From NCBI RefSeq assembly GCF_018977255.1, contig NW_024704748.1:11718001-11782000 (forward strand): a stretch of 64,000 nucleotides of DNA, in the 5' to 3' direction. The notes under the pieces are model-generated. The model ran no database searches, had not been told where the DNA came from, and worked only from the letters and a program-made list of their open reading frames with translations. Source of the stretch: Callorhinchus milii (Eukaryota). Shown one piece after another: positions 14,111 through 26,700 of this stretch. Made by a program: the position numbers and the translations under genes. Position 1 is the first letter of the stretch; every line of letters starts with the position of its first letter.

Positions 14111-17100
14111 TTTCTGACATTCACAGCCAATTTGTCCCATACCAAAGATTAAGACAAACAGTGTCTTTCTGTTTTTGAAATGCACGGAACTCTTCATCCA
14201 AATGACGCATATATTATATTTTCAGCTGTGAACCAAACCTCTTGAATTCAAATTGATAAAAGCAAACTACTATACAAGAAAAATATAATATTTTCATCTG
14301 TGAACCAAACCTCTTGAAGCGCTCTGAGACGCCATCCAGCGTGGAGGCGCTATATAAATCCAAGTTGTTGTTGCTGTTGAAATTATCAGGAAATCAACAT
14401 CAATAAATGATCAATGTAGTTGACACACATTAACTACATTCACTGATTCTTGGCTATCTCTGTCATAAGCTTTCCAAATTCACTAATCTAAGTTCCCATT
14501 TCAGGTCTAGTGACTATCTACAGATTTTTATTAGCATCCTACTGTTGTAGTATCTTTATTTACAAGATCATTTAGGTGTTTTCAACTTCATCTCCACGGT
14601 TTTAAGTTTTTTTGGTCTATTTTCAAGGAGCGTCTTTAAGAAACATCTGATTTTGATGCTCCTTGCTTATTACTCATGCCAAATCATTAGTTGTGGATTC
14701 TTCCAACACTGTGAACAAATGTTTTGGGTATATTTTAATTTCTAATCAACTTAAAGTGTGACAGCAATGTTGGCCTGGAGCAGTAGTTTGCCATAGCTTG
14801 GAAACTTCAATCAGTGCTGAATTATTTCAGATGGAATATGCAATATGAAAAGCTCACAGGGGCAATTTTTAAATCAGAAGATAAATCTTCAGTAGCCCTC
14901 AACACCATTCAGTTATCTTGACTGTAGCTGGCCAGTCTCTGGAACTCCATTTGGTTTGCAAGACTATTTGGTCATCTCTAACAGTTATAATTAAAAGTCC
15001 CCAAACATGAATGAGGAGTGGAAAGATAAATGCACATACTGTTCTCTAATTTCCTAAATCTAAAATGTAGTTAAGTGTTGCACAAAAGACACACTAGAAG
15101 ACATTTTTTTCTAAAGCAGCTTCCATATGCTAAACTTAATGAGGTGAGCACACATCTACGTTGCAATACCCACAGTGGTATACTCTTGCAGTTATGTTCC
15201 CATTGTCACCAGTACTTTGTTAAATTTATTGGCTTCACTCCACTGGACCACTGTTAATTTTTCTTCAAACTAACCCAAAATGGTCTAAAGCGATTGGTTT
15301 AAATACATTAGGGATTTTCTCAATTACTGCTTCAGTTAACAGAATGCCAGGTTTTATCATAAGACTTTTAAAAAAAACAGAAATTGAATCAACAGCCTCA
15401 TGAAAACAATACAGCAAATAGTCATCAACAATTTTATAGTGTTTGAAATATCACATTTCTATCCTTTTAGTGAGAGGAACCAACATTTTTTTTTCAATCT
15501 AGCCTATCAGTGACAGCTGTTGATTTCATGCTTCGTGCTTGCATCTTGCCTAATTAGCTGTCAGTCCACTTTAGGATCCTGGGAGGCCACTAAATATATT
15601 CATGCCAGTTAGTAGCCCTGCTCATAGTCATCAACACTCAGATCTCACTGCAGCCTTTACCCATTTCCTTCACATCACAAACAATACTTTACACCTGAGT
15701 AAATTCAAAAAAAGTAACAATTGCAACCAAAATCTCCATTCTAATACACTATTTCATTCGTAAAAAAAACAACTTTATAAAGTTAATAAATTGAAATAGA
15801 CCCTGCAAATATATACAAAAGTCAACACATTAAATGAATTGAAAAATTACCATTTAAGTAAAAACATCCTGACAAAACAGTTATAGTGCTTTCTCATTCA
15901 GCATAAGGTAATGAATGCATTTTGCAGAGATTCTTTGGGCAGACTGAAAAGTCTGACCTTTTAATATATACCATATTGTCATTTCTGACGATAAAATCTC
16001 ATTAAGTTGTCCACAAGGCATTATGAGGTACTTTGTTTGGATGCCATAAGGCACACATGAATAAATATGTCATTTTTAAACCAGAATGTAATATGATAAT
16101 AAATTTCATCCCTTTGTATTTACCAAATCCATTCATAATCAATGCTCAATTAAAATAGACCCATCCCATTAATGCAATTCTCAGTAGTCAAGCAATTTGT
16201 ATGCTAACATATCAATAAACAAAGAACATTACAAGATCAGACGTTAACTTCATACCACAAACAGTGTTTTAATGAGAGGCTTTATCTTGGGAAAGTAACA
16301 AAACACACCTGAAATTTAGATGATATCTAAATGCCATCTTGATTCTATCAGAGAAAATGCAACACCAAAAATCATACTTCTTTGAACCAGTAAATTTTGT
16401 GCAACTGTTTTTGTGCACAGTTAATCCATTTCAGTTCACAGATAGTTAATCATTCTCATAGGAAGCTACTAATAATTTAGTTGATTAAAAAGTCATACCT
16501 GTGATTAAATAGGTGGGATGAGATGGGAATCTGGGTGGGAATCCAGATATAATTACATTTATACAAGGTCATTTTCAATCCCTATAATTTGAACTTGCTT
16601 CTTATGTGTAATAAGAAGTATCCATAGAACTTATAGGACTATCTTAAAATACGCAGGGTTATGCAGCTTGTCCTTCCTTCAGCTCCACAAACACCCACTT
16701 CAAATTGAAAGTGATCATTATTGGTTTACTTTTGGGGAAAAAAGCTAGAAAATAATTTTCACGTTATTTTCATGACAACAATACAAATTGCCATTGATGA
16801 CTGTATTTCATTTTTATAGTAGCAAAGAGGACGAAAACAGCTGGCATGCAGAAAGCTTTTTTCCCCTCAGCAAAGCAATTTTAGGAAACCTATTTACTTA
16901 AAACTTAAAAAAGTATAGCTAAGAGCATTTGTCCTGCACTATTCAGATCAGTTAACAATGCATTTTACATTTAATATATAAGTGGAAAAATGGTAACTGC
17001 AACAGTTTCTGTTATCATGAACATAATATTGCAGAAGAGATCCAGTTGAAGACGACCCTTTGGTGCATTTGATCTCATCCTTTGAAAAATATCCACCTTA

Positions 17101-18969
17101 CCATCTTCCTGCAGCAGCATCCAGCTATTTTTTTTAATGGATCCAACCTTCTATCCTCAACCTCACTCTCTGGTAAAGTATTCAATACCATTCTATACTT
17201 CCTAACGTCTGTTTGAAATGACCATTTAAAATCGTATACACCTCCATAAGGTTCCATTTGAGACACCTCTTTTCAAGAAAAAAGAGCCCTAGCTTGTTTA
17301 ATAGCTCATTCCTTTACTCAACCTCACTGATACACTCTCCAGGATCTGTGCAACCCTCTTAAGTTGTGGCGAGTAGAAAGTCAGTGCCTCAGAGCTCGGG
17401 TATAATTTCTGGGCATCTGAACTCAACTGAATGGCAGTACAGTATCCCATTTATCTTGTTTATGCTGCCTCATACTATTTTGACATGGTTAGCGATGAAG
17501 TCAACTTACGAGCTTACATCTCTTTTAGCTTCCCCTTGGCAAATTCTTTCCCATTCATGGAAAGACAAAGCTAGAATGGTTTCTGATAAACCTACAGACC
17601 AGAAGGCCCAGTCAATGTTAAGGTATTTAATCTCAACACCTGAAGCTGTTAAGAGACTTCAACTGGTCTTGATGCCTCTGGGCGAGAGAGGAATTGATAG
17701 GCCAGAGTTTCCCACTCTTCCTGGTTACCCATCCGATCAAATGTAATGTTTTTCTTATTCATACATATATAAGTGAGTAAAGGACATAGTTGTGATGCCC
17801 TCCATGGTTTATGGCCTGTCAACAACTGCAGCAAATCAACCCCTTTAGCAAAGAAAAATATTGGGGAAAATGGACTGCATTCAAAGTATAAGGAGAAAAT
17901 AAAAGGATGCTAAAGCAGTAAATTTTATTTGGATAGTAGCTGGCTTGGAAGACTTAGTAAGTCTGACAGCCTGTGAAAATAGAGCTGCCATGCATAGTTG
18001 AAAGACATAGTCACTGAAGCAAACTGGGTTAACGTGTGCATGTACCAAAGTTAATTCAGTCATCCCAGAGAGCTGGCCTCAGAAACTCCTTCCAGCAAAG
18101 CTTCCAATGTTAACAGCACTCAGTTTAAATGAAAACAATTCCTGAAAAATCCCAAAGGTATTAAAACCAATTCTTTGCAAAGGAGTAAAGAACCAATCTG
18201 TTCAAAACTTCAATGAAAATTGCTTTTTTTTTGTATTGGAATGTTACTGTTGAAGCTAATCATACATGTCAATGTATATAACAACATAAGCAGGGAAAAA
18301 AATTAATAGCAGAGAGTATGGAGAGATAAGAAGGCAAGTGGGATTACAGAAATAATTCTGCTTACATTTGATATGGTAACAGCTTTCATGGTGGTTTGGG
18401 GCGGGGTCTCAAAGCGCTTCATATATTACTCTAAAGTGGAGTACCTGCGCACCTTGTGGGCAAATTGGCACCATTTTGCACATAGCAAAGTCCCATAAAC
18501 AGCCATGAAATCCAATTTTATTTGAGGGATTGTTGTCAGGATACTGGAAGAAACTCCCTTCTGGAGTTGACCCCTGCTGGAATACATTGCTAATGAGGGA
18601 CCAGCATTAACATTATTTCTCTCTTTCTGTGCTGTAAATTTTCTAAGATTCTAAGTTTATTTCAACGGTAAAGTGCCCGATCTGAAAATGTGTTTTTTTT
18701 TAAAAAAACGTACCTGACGTGAAGATATTTCAAGCCCAAGAAATGCTCATTTCTCCAGACATTTAGAAATCTAATTATTAAAATGATATTTAGCTTTTTG
18801 ATATTATAACAACGTTCTTATAAAATCTTTAGGTAATCAGTCTGTATTAAGACTGTAAAAATAGCATACATACGCCAAAGCTGCAAGATTTGATATTTAT
18901 AAATGCAGAGACATTTCCTCATCATATTAAAAAATTATACTTCCAGAGCCTCACTAATCATTTACTTAC

Positions 18970-19044
18970 CTCGGTACAAAGATAATTCAAAATAGTGAAA
19001 TCCCATTTCTTTGCATATCCTGCATTATACTTCAGTATAGCATC
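18970..19044 (-). CDS. PARG: PARG coding exon 7 (75 nt)
   Basis: aaag|DAILKYNAGYAKKWDFTILNYLCTE|gtaagt, phase 0/0. Confidence 0.95.
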
Positions 19045-19979
19045 CTTTAATTAAAAAGGAAAAAATGGTAATTAGAGCATGTCCAAAGCAGTTATTTAAC
19101 AGCTTGCAAAATACAGCCTTTTCTTCAAGTCACCAGTGACAACAGGCACAATTATTCCACAAATCTGACCTAAACATGTGTTCGTGAAATGAAAAGAGGT
19201 ACAAGTCTGCACATGAATCCTGATTGTTGAAGAGGTCAAAAGAATCAAGAACACAAAATTAAATCTGCTGAGGTCAGGGATGATCACTGTAGTGAGTTCA
19301 AAAATTAGGATGATCAATCGGGAATAATTAAGGGATAAAATTAACAATATAGCAGATTTCTGGCTGGGGAAGTTGATCGCTTATTCCACCTCAGAATGAG
19401 AGGTATTGATTTAATATTGCTTAGCCTAAAATGAGCAGTAGACAAAGGGCTCTCAGATCTCTTTAATGTCACTCCAACCGGTGATACACAAAAGAGGTCT
19501 GGAGACAATTAACTTTCTATTTTTTCTTGCAATCCAACAGAAATTGTCTTCGCTTGCAGTCTCCAACTGATATTGGAATCTCTTAACTGTTACAATAGGC
19601 AGTGCAGCAATTTCTGGACAACAGTAATATGTGAGTTGTTTCAAAATGGAATAAATGCACAATTTCAATTATTTCATCTGTATCGTGGTTGCTTGGAACA
19701 TAGCAACCACGTTGAATCAATTGTGATAACCATAATACTAAACATATCTGAAATGTCACACACACAGTTTAAAAAAAGTCTAACTTATGCTAAGTACTAA
19801 AAATAACAATCTTTTTCACTATGTCTTTAGAATGCTATTGCAAAAACAATGCCAATTTTCAATGTAGTCTCAACTGCAGTCAAAGAGACAAGTCTTCAAT
19901 CAACTAAATAACAAGAGTAAAAATCTTATTTTTGTAAAGAATCGTTCATAAATACAATTAACCTTGTTTAGAATCATAC

Positions 19980-20063
19980 CTTAATATCCAGTGAGTTATC
20001 AAACTTTCGTAACAGTGCTGTGTTGATTAATTCCCATCGACTACGCACAATCTTGTCTCCATC
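19980..20063 (-). CDS. PARG: PARG coding exon 6 (84 nt)
   Basis: ttag|DGDKIVRSRWELINTALLRKFDNSLDIK|gtatga. Contains the SRWELI motif. Confidence 0.95.
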
Positions 20064-20699
20064 CTAAAATAAAAAGTAATGTTATCTTTCATTACTGTTT
20101 ATGATTCCTAGCAGTACAACACCAAGTTACCAATGACAGGGCAACTAAAAAAAAACTCTCTAGAAATCTACATTCACTGCAAAAGTGAATACTCTGTAAG
20201 TATATTCTATAATTTTGCATTCTATTCCTGAAATAAAAACAATGTTTGTATTTAATTTTGAAAGAAACAGGTAATTCAAATGTGTGTCAGAAAGTACCAG
20301 ATCTTGCTAGAGTTGAGATTTTATATTAAACAATGCAGTTTTGTTGTCATCTTAATATACAGTCCGTCATAACATGTTAGTTGGGGGTCAATCAAATGAC
20401 AACTAGCAATTTAACGGGGTGTGACTGTTGGTCAATGTTTCTGCAATCATTGCACAGGTACGCAGAAAGCCAGACGGCTTCCCTCATCAAGGGAGAGAGA
20501 GTGTGTGCGAGTGATTGCGTGAAAGAGAGGCTGACTGACAGAGAGGCGAGAGTGATTGAGAGAGATTAAGCATGAAGGAGAAAGAAAAAGAGAGCAGAGA
20601 GAGAAACGAGGGCAATGTTTTGTGGTTCACTGTCAGGACAGACAATTAGAGTTTCCTTTGACAGACGCGGTGTGACCGAGGACAGACACCAAGATACGT

Positions 20700-21100
20700 G
20701 CGCACAGTTTCCTCACAGAAACCTCCCTCTTTCCCCAGTGAAAAACTCCTCTACGTCTTTTATTCCCAACCCCACCCCCACCATCTCTGCGACCTGCTGA
20801 CCCGGCCGTTCCCTTTGCACGGCAAACACCAGCTTGCTTCAAGTCCCCCCACGTCATCTGCCGCACCATTGCCATTTTGTCCCCGCTCTCTGGAGTTTCA
20901 TTCCTGGAGTCCATCCGACTCGCTTGCTCCCTCCCGTTTCAACGGACGTCAAGACCTAACTCTTTGACCACGCTTTTAGTCATCTTTTTCCTTCCCCATC
21001 CCACCTCCATCAGCTCCCACCTCCACCTCACTGTCCAGCCAACAGTGTCGAGCGTTTTGAAATGTCCTTCCAACATGAAAAGGTGTTGTGTAATTGTTGC
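20700..21100 (+). mobile_element. L2 LINE 3' fragment
   Basis: Similar to the other L2 copies (…TCAAGACCTAACTCTTTGACCACGCTTTT…). Confidence 0.65.
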
Positions 21101-21698
21101 TATGTTTCTGGAAGGAAAATACAAAATATTGCTTATGTAGCCCGCAGACCTTTCTCAAACAGGGAATCCGGCCAGTGGCAGCCAAAAGGTTGGATCACGC
21201 TGATATAAGACATTAAACCAAAGTCCCATCTGCCGTTTTAAGAAGATGTGAAAAAACCCATGATGTTATTCAAAAAAAAGCAGAGTCCCTTTCAGTGTTC
21301 TTGCCAACAATCTTTGTAATCATTCAACTCATGACTGTCTGGACACAAATGGCTGACGCAAACAGTCTCTGCACATCACGCACATTGAGACATTTCAATG
21401 TGACAAGGTGCTTGAAAAATTAACTTATCCTCATTGCGCTGCGTACCAAGTGTGTACTGTGTTCTTATAGTGCCATCTTGTGGACAAAAATATAAAGCTC
21501 TGTGATTCAAAGTCTCCCCAACTAGTCATATGTTTTTTTTTAAAAAAGTGTTGGTACAGTCAGTGAAAGTGTGAACTAATATGGGTTTCATAAATTCTGT
21601 CAATATAAGCAACAGGGCTTCTAAAAGATTGAAAACATTGAAGAATATGAACTTTTGGCACTTCATGTTCATGAATATGTTTAATTGTCATGTTGCTA

Positions 21699-21854
<156 letters not shown>

Positions 21855-22929
21855 TTACAAAGCAATTTTTAAAAAAAATGTTTTACACACACTGTACTCA
21901 ATACTCAATTTGAAAAGAAAATCTTAAACGCATTGCATTAACACAACATTAAAGCCCTTTACCAACACAGTGGACAGAACATCCCACAGAACATCCCAAA
22001 AATACAATTATGAAACAACAAAAAATGAAAAAAATGATATTATTTGACAGAAAGTATGTTTTAACAAGGCTTGTAAACAATTAGTGATCTTTTTTGGGCA
22101 CTAGACAAGGTTAATAAATAGGAGTCTTCAAATCGAGATAATTGATACAATCAACAATTCCTTTTTCATAGCATCTGCTTGAGTGCAAATTAAAAAGAGC
22201 TTGACAGCAAACATAATAATTCCTTCAAAAAAAATGGTCACTCGATCCACCATCGTTTGTGGGACACTGCTCTGTACAATTGCCTGCCCCGTTTCATCCA
22301 TAAAATATGCAGTCAATTCATTTAACAGTATATTCTGTGAAGCACTTTGAGACGTCTCGAAGATATGATAAGACACTATATCAAATGCAAGGATTATTAT
22401 TATTGTAAGAAAACTTAAACTCATCTACTGGATTGGGCTATTCCATAACCTTGGCCTGCCTGAAGATCTCTGCCCTTTGTCATAGCAATCACATTACACA
22501 CTGCATTTTAAGAAACAATAAATCACCCGTTCCTTTCAACTCTGAACTCTATGAATTAAAAATGTATCTTTTGTGCAAATGAAACTAACACTGCAGGGAT
22601 GGAAGTGAACTTCATGGCACAAAGCTGTAGATTCACTGTTTTCAAGTAGATTTTATTTTACAAAAGGATGGTTCAAATGCTAAAAGTACACCACTACCTG
22701 AAAAACAAATTTCAGGAGGTTTGGGGTACTTGCCAAACGGATCTGTAAGCCTTTTTGTTTCCAGACTTAGATCTTTATAGTTATTCCGCAGGTGAAGTTC
22801 ATTCATTTCCACCGTACAAAACTTACAACCCACTTTGGTAACCTTTATGCCTCCAGTAACAATGGTGGCATACAGAGGCCTACACTGCAAACAAAAAGCA
22901 AAACATTTTCACTCTCCTCACATTGAAGC

Positions 22930-23720
22930 CAAAGAGATTGAAAAGGTAAGGGATTTAAAGGTAGGAGAACACCAAGGGGTGTCATGATTATAACATAAGG
23001 TTTAAAATGATGATGGACAAGGAGATAGATAAGACAAGACTAAAGTGCTGGATTACAAAGCTAACTACAATGGAATGAGGAGGGAATTTGTTGAGATAAA
23101 CTGGAGTCAGTTATTCAGGCTAAACAAATTTAAATTAACGATAAAAATATTCTAAATTATGCATTTATCTGAAGGCAAAAATGCTGAATGAATAATTCAT
23201 AATTTTAATGAGGAATCCTTAATAGAGCAAGTATGTTTGCAACCAATTGGCATTCCACTTGGAAAGGATAAGGAGAGGCAGGTAGAAAAAAATACATAAA
23301 AATAAAAGTGGAAAGAGTAGAAGAGAAAAGGTGAGGAGACTATACAGGGTCAGGGTATCTTGTATCACAAGAGACAAGCTAAAAATAACAGTGAAAGATA
23401 GAAGCCTAATAAACTACTTATATGCATTGAGCATATACTGTATGAAAAAATGGGAGAACTTAAGGCTGTTGTCAAAATCAAGGAATCAGATGAAATTGCA
23501 GTGCAGAAACATAATTACAAGCAGGTCATGACTGTTTTTTTGAACTTGAACATTCCAGGTTACAATGTATTTAGAAAGGATAACATTGTATCAGTGAAAA
23601 GAAGGAATATGAATTCGAGGTAAACAGAATCCATTTGGATACAGATAAAAGATAACAAAAGGTTAGTCACTATTAGGTATACACTACGGACCACCTATAT
23701 TATGATTCTATTGTATCATA
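22930..23720 (+). mobile_element. Degraded CR1 LINE endonuclease-region fragments
   Basis: LNIPGYNVFRKD and KANY..MR..INW remnants, in scrambled order. Confidence 0.6.
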
Positions 23721-23764
23721 TTATTCTATATAATTCTATGTAAAGAGAATTTATTTTAACTTAC

Positions 23765-23927
23765 TCGTATGTTCACTGTATTCACGTGAGATGCTCTTAA
23801 AGGTGGCAAAACACCACCACATTCGGGCATTCTTCTCAGTTCACTGATTGGAGTTCCAAGCCATTTGGCATCTACCGAGTATCTTCCTCTGTTGAGTTTT
23901 TTGTCTTCCACATCACAATTTCCTCTT
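23765..23927 (-). CDS. PARG: PARG coding exon 4 (163 nt; regulatory segment/MTS region)
   Basis: ctag|A+RGNCDVEDKKLNRGRYSVDAKWLGTPISELRRMPECGGVLPPLRASHVNTVNIR|gtaagt. KWLGTPI motif; phase matches the preceding exon. Confidence 0.95.
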
Positions 23928-25974
23928 CTAGAAGTTAAACATTTATTAGCAGAGCAACTCTACAAATCATTTTTACATTTTTTATCAACCAAAGTACAGG
24001 ACAATAGAGTTTGAATGCCAACTAAAATGAAATTTGTGTTTCACACATTAACAGAAATATCTGAGATGCTGGAAATAAATTTGATTCCGTGTTCCTGATC
24101 ACATAAAGCAATTGAAAAAATAAATTCTAATTTTCTGGTTGGATACCGTTAAGGCAAAAAGGTGATATTCTGCTGCCAGGTTGAGCAGTTATGAAATTCC
24201 TTTGTATAGAGGCTAAAACAGTCTAAATAAATTATCTATATGACAGTGTTTATCTTTTAACCCATTTTTTACAACACAGCCCTCAGGGATTCACTAATTC
24301 AACAGCCTTGACAGAAAATGTTTTGAAAAATATCAGATGACAGCAGTTCAATTCTCATTGTAAAGAGTCTCATTTTCTAAATATAAAATCAACAACAAAT
24401 GACATTTGTATAGCGCCTTTCACATCGGAAGGACATCCCAAGACGCAGGACAGTTAGGGATTTGGACCCGAGTAGGGGGTTGGGTTCGTAGAGGGAGTGG
24501 CGGGAGAGGAAGGAGCAAAGCTGGGAAGCAACAATTCGTTCCAGGACTTTGGAAAGGGAGAAATCAACTGTGCTTTCTCAATCAATTTTCACCCACTATA
24601 CCTGATGGCAACTTACAGGATTTTCTTCATGCCACTTACTGAACATGTGCAGGTGAAGCTGTACAAAATCAATGGATGGACAAAACAATGAAACACTTGA
24701 ACTGAATTTAAACTGTGATCCTTGTTACACACAGAGTCCTTAGCAAGCATTGGGTAATTTACATGAATAAATAATTTATGCTATGGGTAACATTTTGCCT
24801 GAAATGCTTACGAGTCACAGCAATAGAGAAATACTGTATGGGTACACATTCTGGAAGAGAACATTTAAACCTAATTTCTACACATCAGAAACTTATTCAT
24901 CTCATATTCAGGTTCTCTTCCTCCCTCTTCCCCCTCCCCATTCATCTTCCTTGAGATGCAGAGGTCAGGAACCTTCCTGGCTGTTACAGGAGCAATAACA
25001 TTGGAATATCAGCTACCCGAAGGTGTGCTATAAAGGTAAATATTACTTTTCATAACCAATCTGAAAACATAATCAGAGAAATTACAACACAGAAAGGAGT
25101 CGATGTGGTCCCTAGCTCCTTCACTGGAGCCGTTTCATCTAATTAAAATTTCCTGATCTTTTCCCTTTCCCTTTAATATTGTTCTTCTTCAAATATTTAT
25201 CCAATTCTCTTTTAATTCCTATTGTGCCTATATGTTAGCCACGTTGAAACAAATACTCCTGTAAGTTGGAAATGCAGATTTGTATGTGAAACTTGTTTAT
25301 TTTTATGTTTCCTTTACAATTTCACAAAACAACCTTGGCCAAAATGATCTAAGTACATATTAAGTTGCAAATTGGGGAGCTGGATATGAACATTGTGAGC
25401 TTCCACAGGCCAAAATGGGCCCTGAAGGATTACATTTTCATTCTTCATTACAGTGCCAAATCAGTGCCAACATTGCAAGATCTAATGCTTGTAGAAAATT
25501 CACAACTGAATGACGGGGTTAACAAAATGATGAACAAACGTCACTTACAGACTTTTCCACCTCTGACGGCACCAGATGAACAGCCCAGAAGCAGGTGAAT
25601 GTTCCTGATTACTGTCCCTTTCCTTTCTGGACACGCACATTACTGCAGCACTTCTGCAGATGTAGTACTTTACTGTTTGTCAATTATACAACATGCTCAA
25701 TTCAATGCAAATACACCCCTAGAGAAAATGTGGACTGCACAGGCACTCTGTAACCTTGGGAGGCCATAGATTTTCAGCAAACTAATTTTAACCACAACAT
25801 TAAGCCAAAAATCAAGCCCATTGCTTGAAGCCGTTTTTAGACATCTCCACTTTTATGACAGCTTTTCAAAAAAAATGAACAGGTTTTACTGAAGAGCTAT
25901 ATACAGTGCTCAAAACTATTTCTGAATGTGTCATAAAGTAATTGTTTTATTTCCAATCATTTGAAACTCTTGAA

Positions 25975-26700
25975 ATCGAAGAGGAGGGCCTTGAGGCGGG
26001 ACTTGAAGGAGGCTAAGGGGGGGGGGGGGGACGAAGCGAGTGACTGGGGGATAGAATTCCAGAGGTTGGGGGCAGAGTGGCTGAAGGCTCTCCCACCACT
26101 GGTGGGGGGGAATGGGTCGGGGGACGTGGAGCCGGCCAGAGCCGGCTGAGCGGAGGAAACGGGCGGGTTGGTAGGAGGTTAGGAGGTCGCAGAGGTAGGG
26201 TGGGGCGAGGCCATGGAGGGCTTTGTAAGTGAAGACCAGGATCTTGAACTGGATCCTCTGAAGGATAGGGAGCCAATGGACTCGGGCGAAAGTGGGGGAG
26301 ATGGGGTCATGGAGTTTGGTGTGGGAGAGGACACGAGCTGCAGAGCTCTAGATTATCTGCAGCCTGTAGAGGGAGGAGTTGGGAAGGCTGACAGGAAGGG
26401 CGTTTGCATAGTTGAGCCTGGAGGTGATGAAGGCATGAACAAGAGTTTCAGCGACCTGAGGGGTGAGGTAGTGGCGGAGTCGGGCGATGTTACGGAGGTG
26501 AGGGAAGGCAGAGAAGGGTCATGGCTTGAATGTGGGGGAGAAAAGACAGTTGAGGGTTGAACAAGACACCTAGGTTCCTGACTGGCTTGGTGAGTTGTAG
26601 TGAGCAACCATGGAGGTTGATGTTGCCAGAACCTGAGGTGCAGAGGTGCTGGCGCGAGCCAATCAGGCGAGGCTCAGTCTTGTTCACATTCAACTGTAGA
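25975..26700 (-). mobile_element. L2 LINE fragment (post-RT region)
   Basis: NVNKTE..LIGSRQ..VRNLGVLFNPQLSFLPHI peptide with frameshifts. Confidence 0.85.

Noticed and set aside
17366-17746. 126-aa plus-strand ORF nested in a PARG intron
   Set aside because: GTG start, no recognisable domain, and it overlaps degraded repeat-like sequence.
23922-23931. NAGNAG tandem acceptor (TAG AAG) at a PARG exon
   Set aside because: It would change one residue in a poorly conserved region; AAG is a weak acceptor and nothing supports its use.
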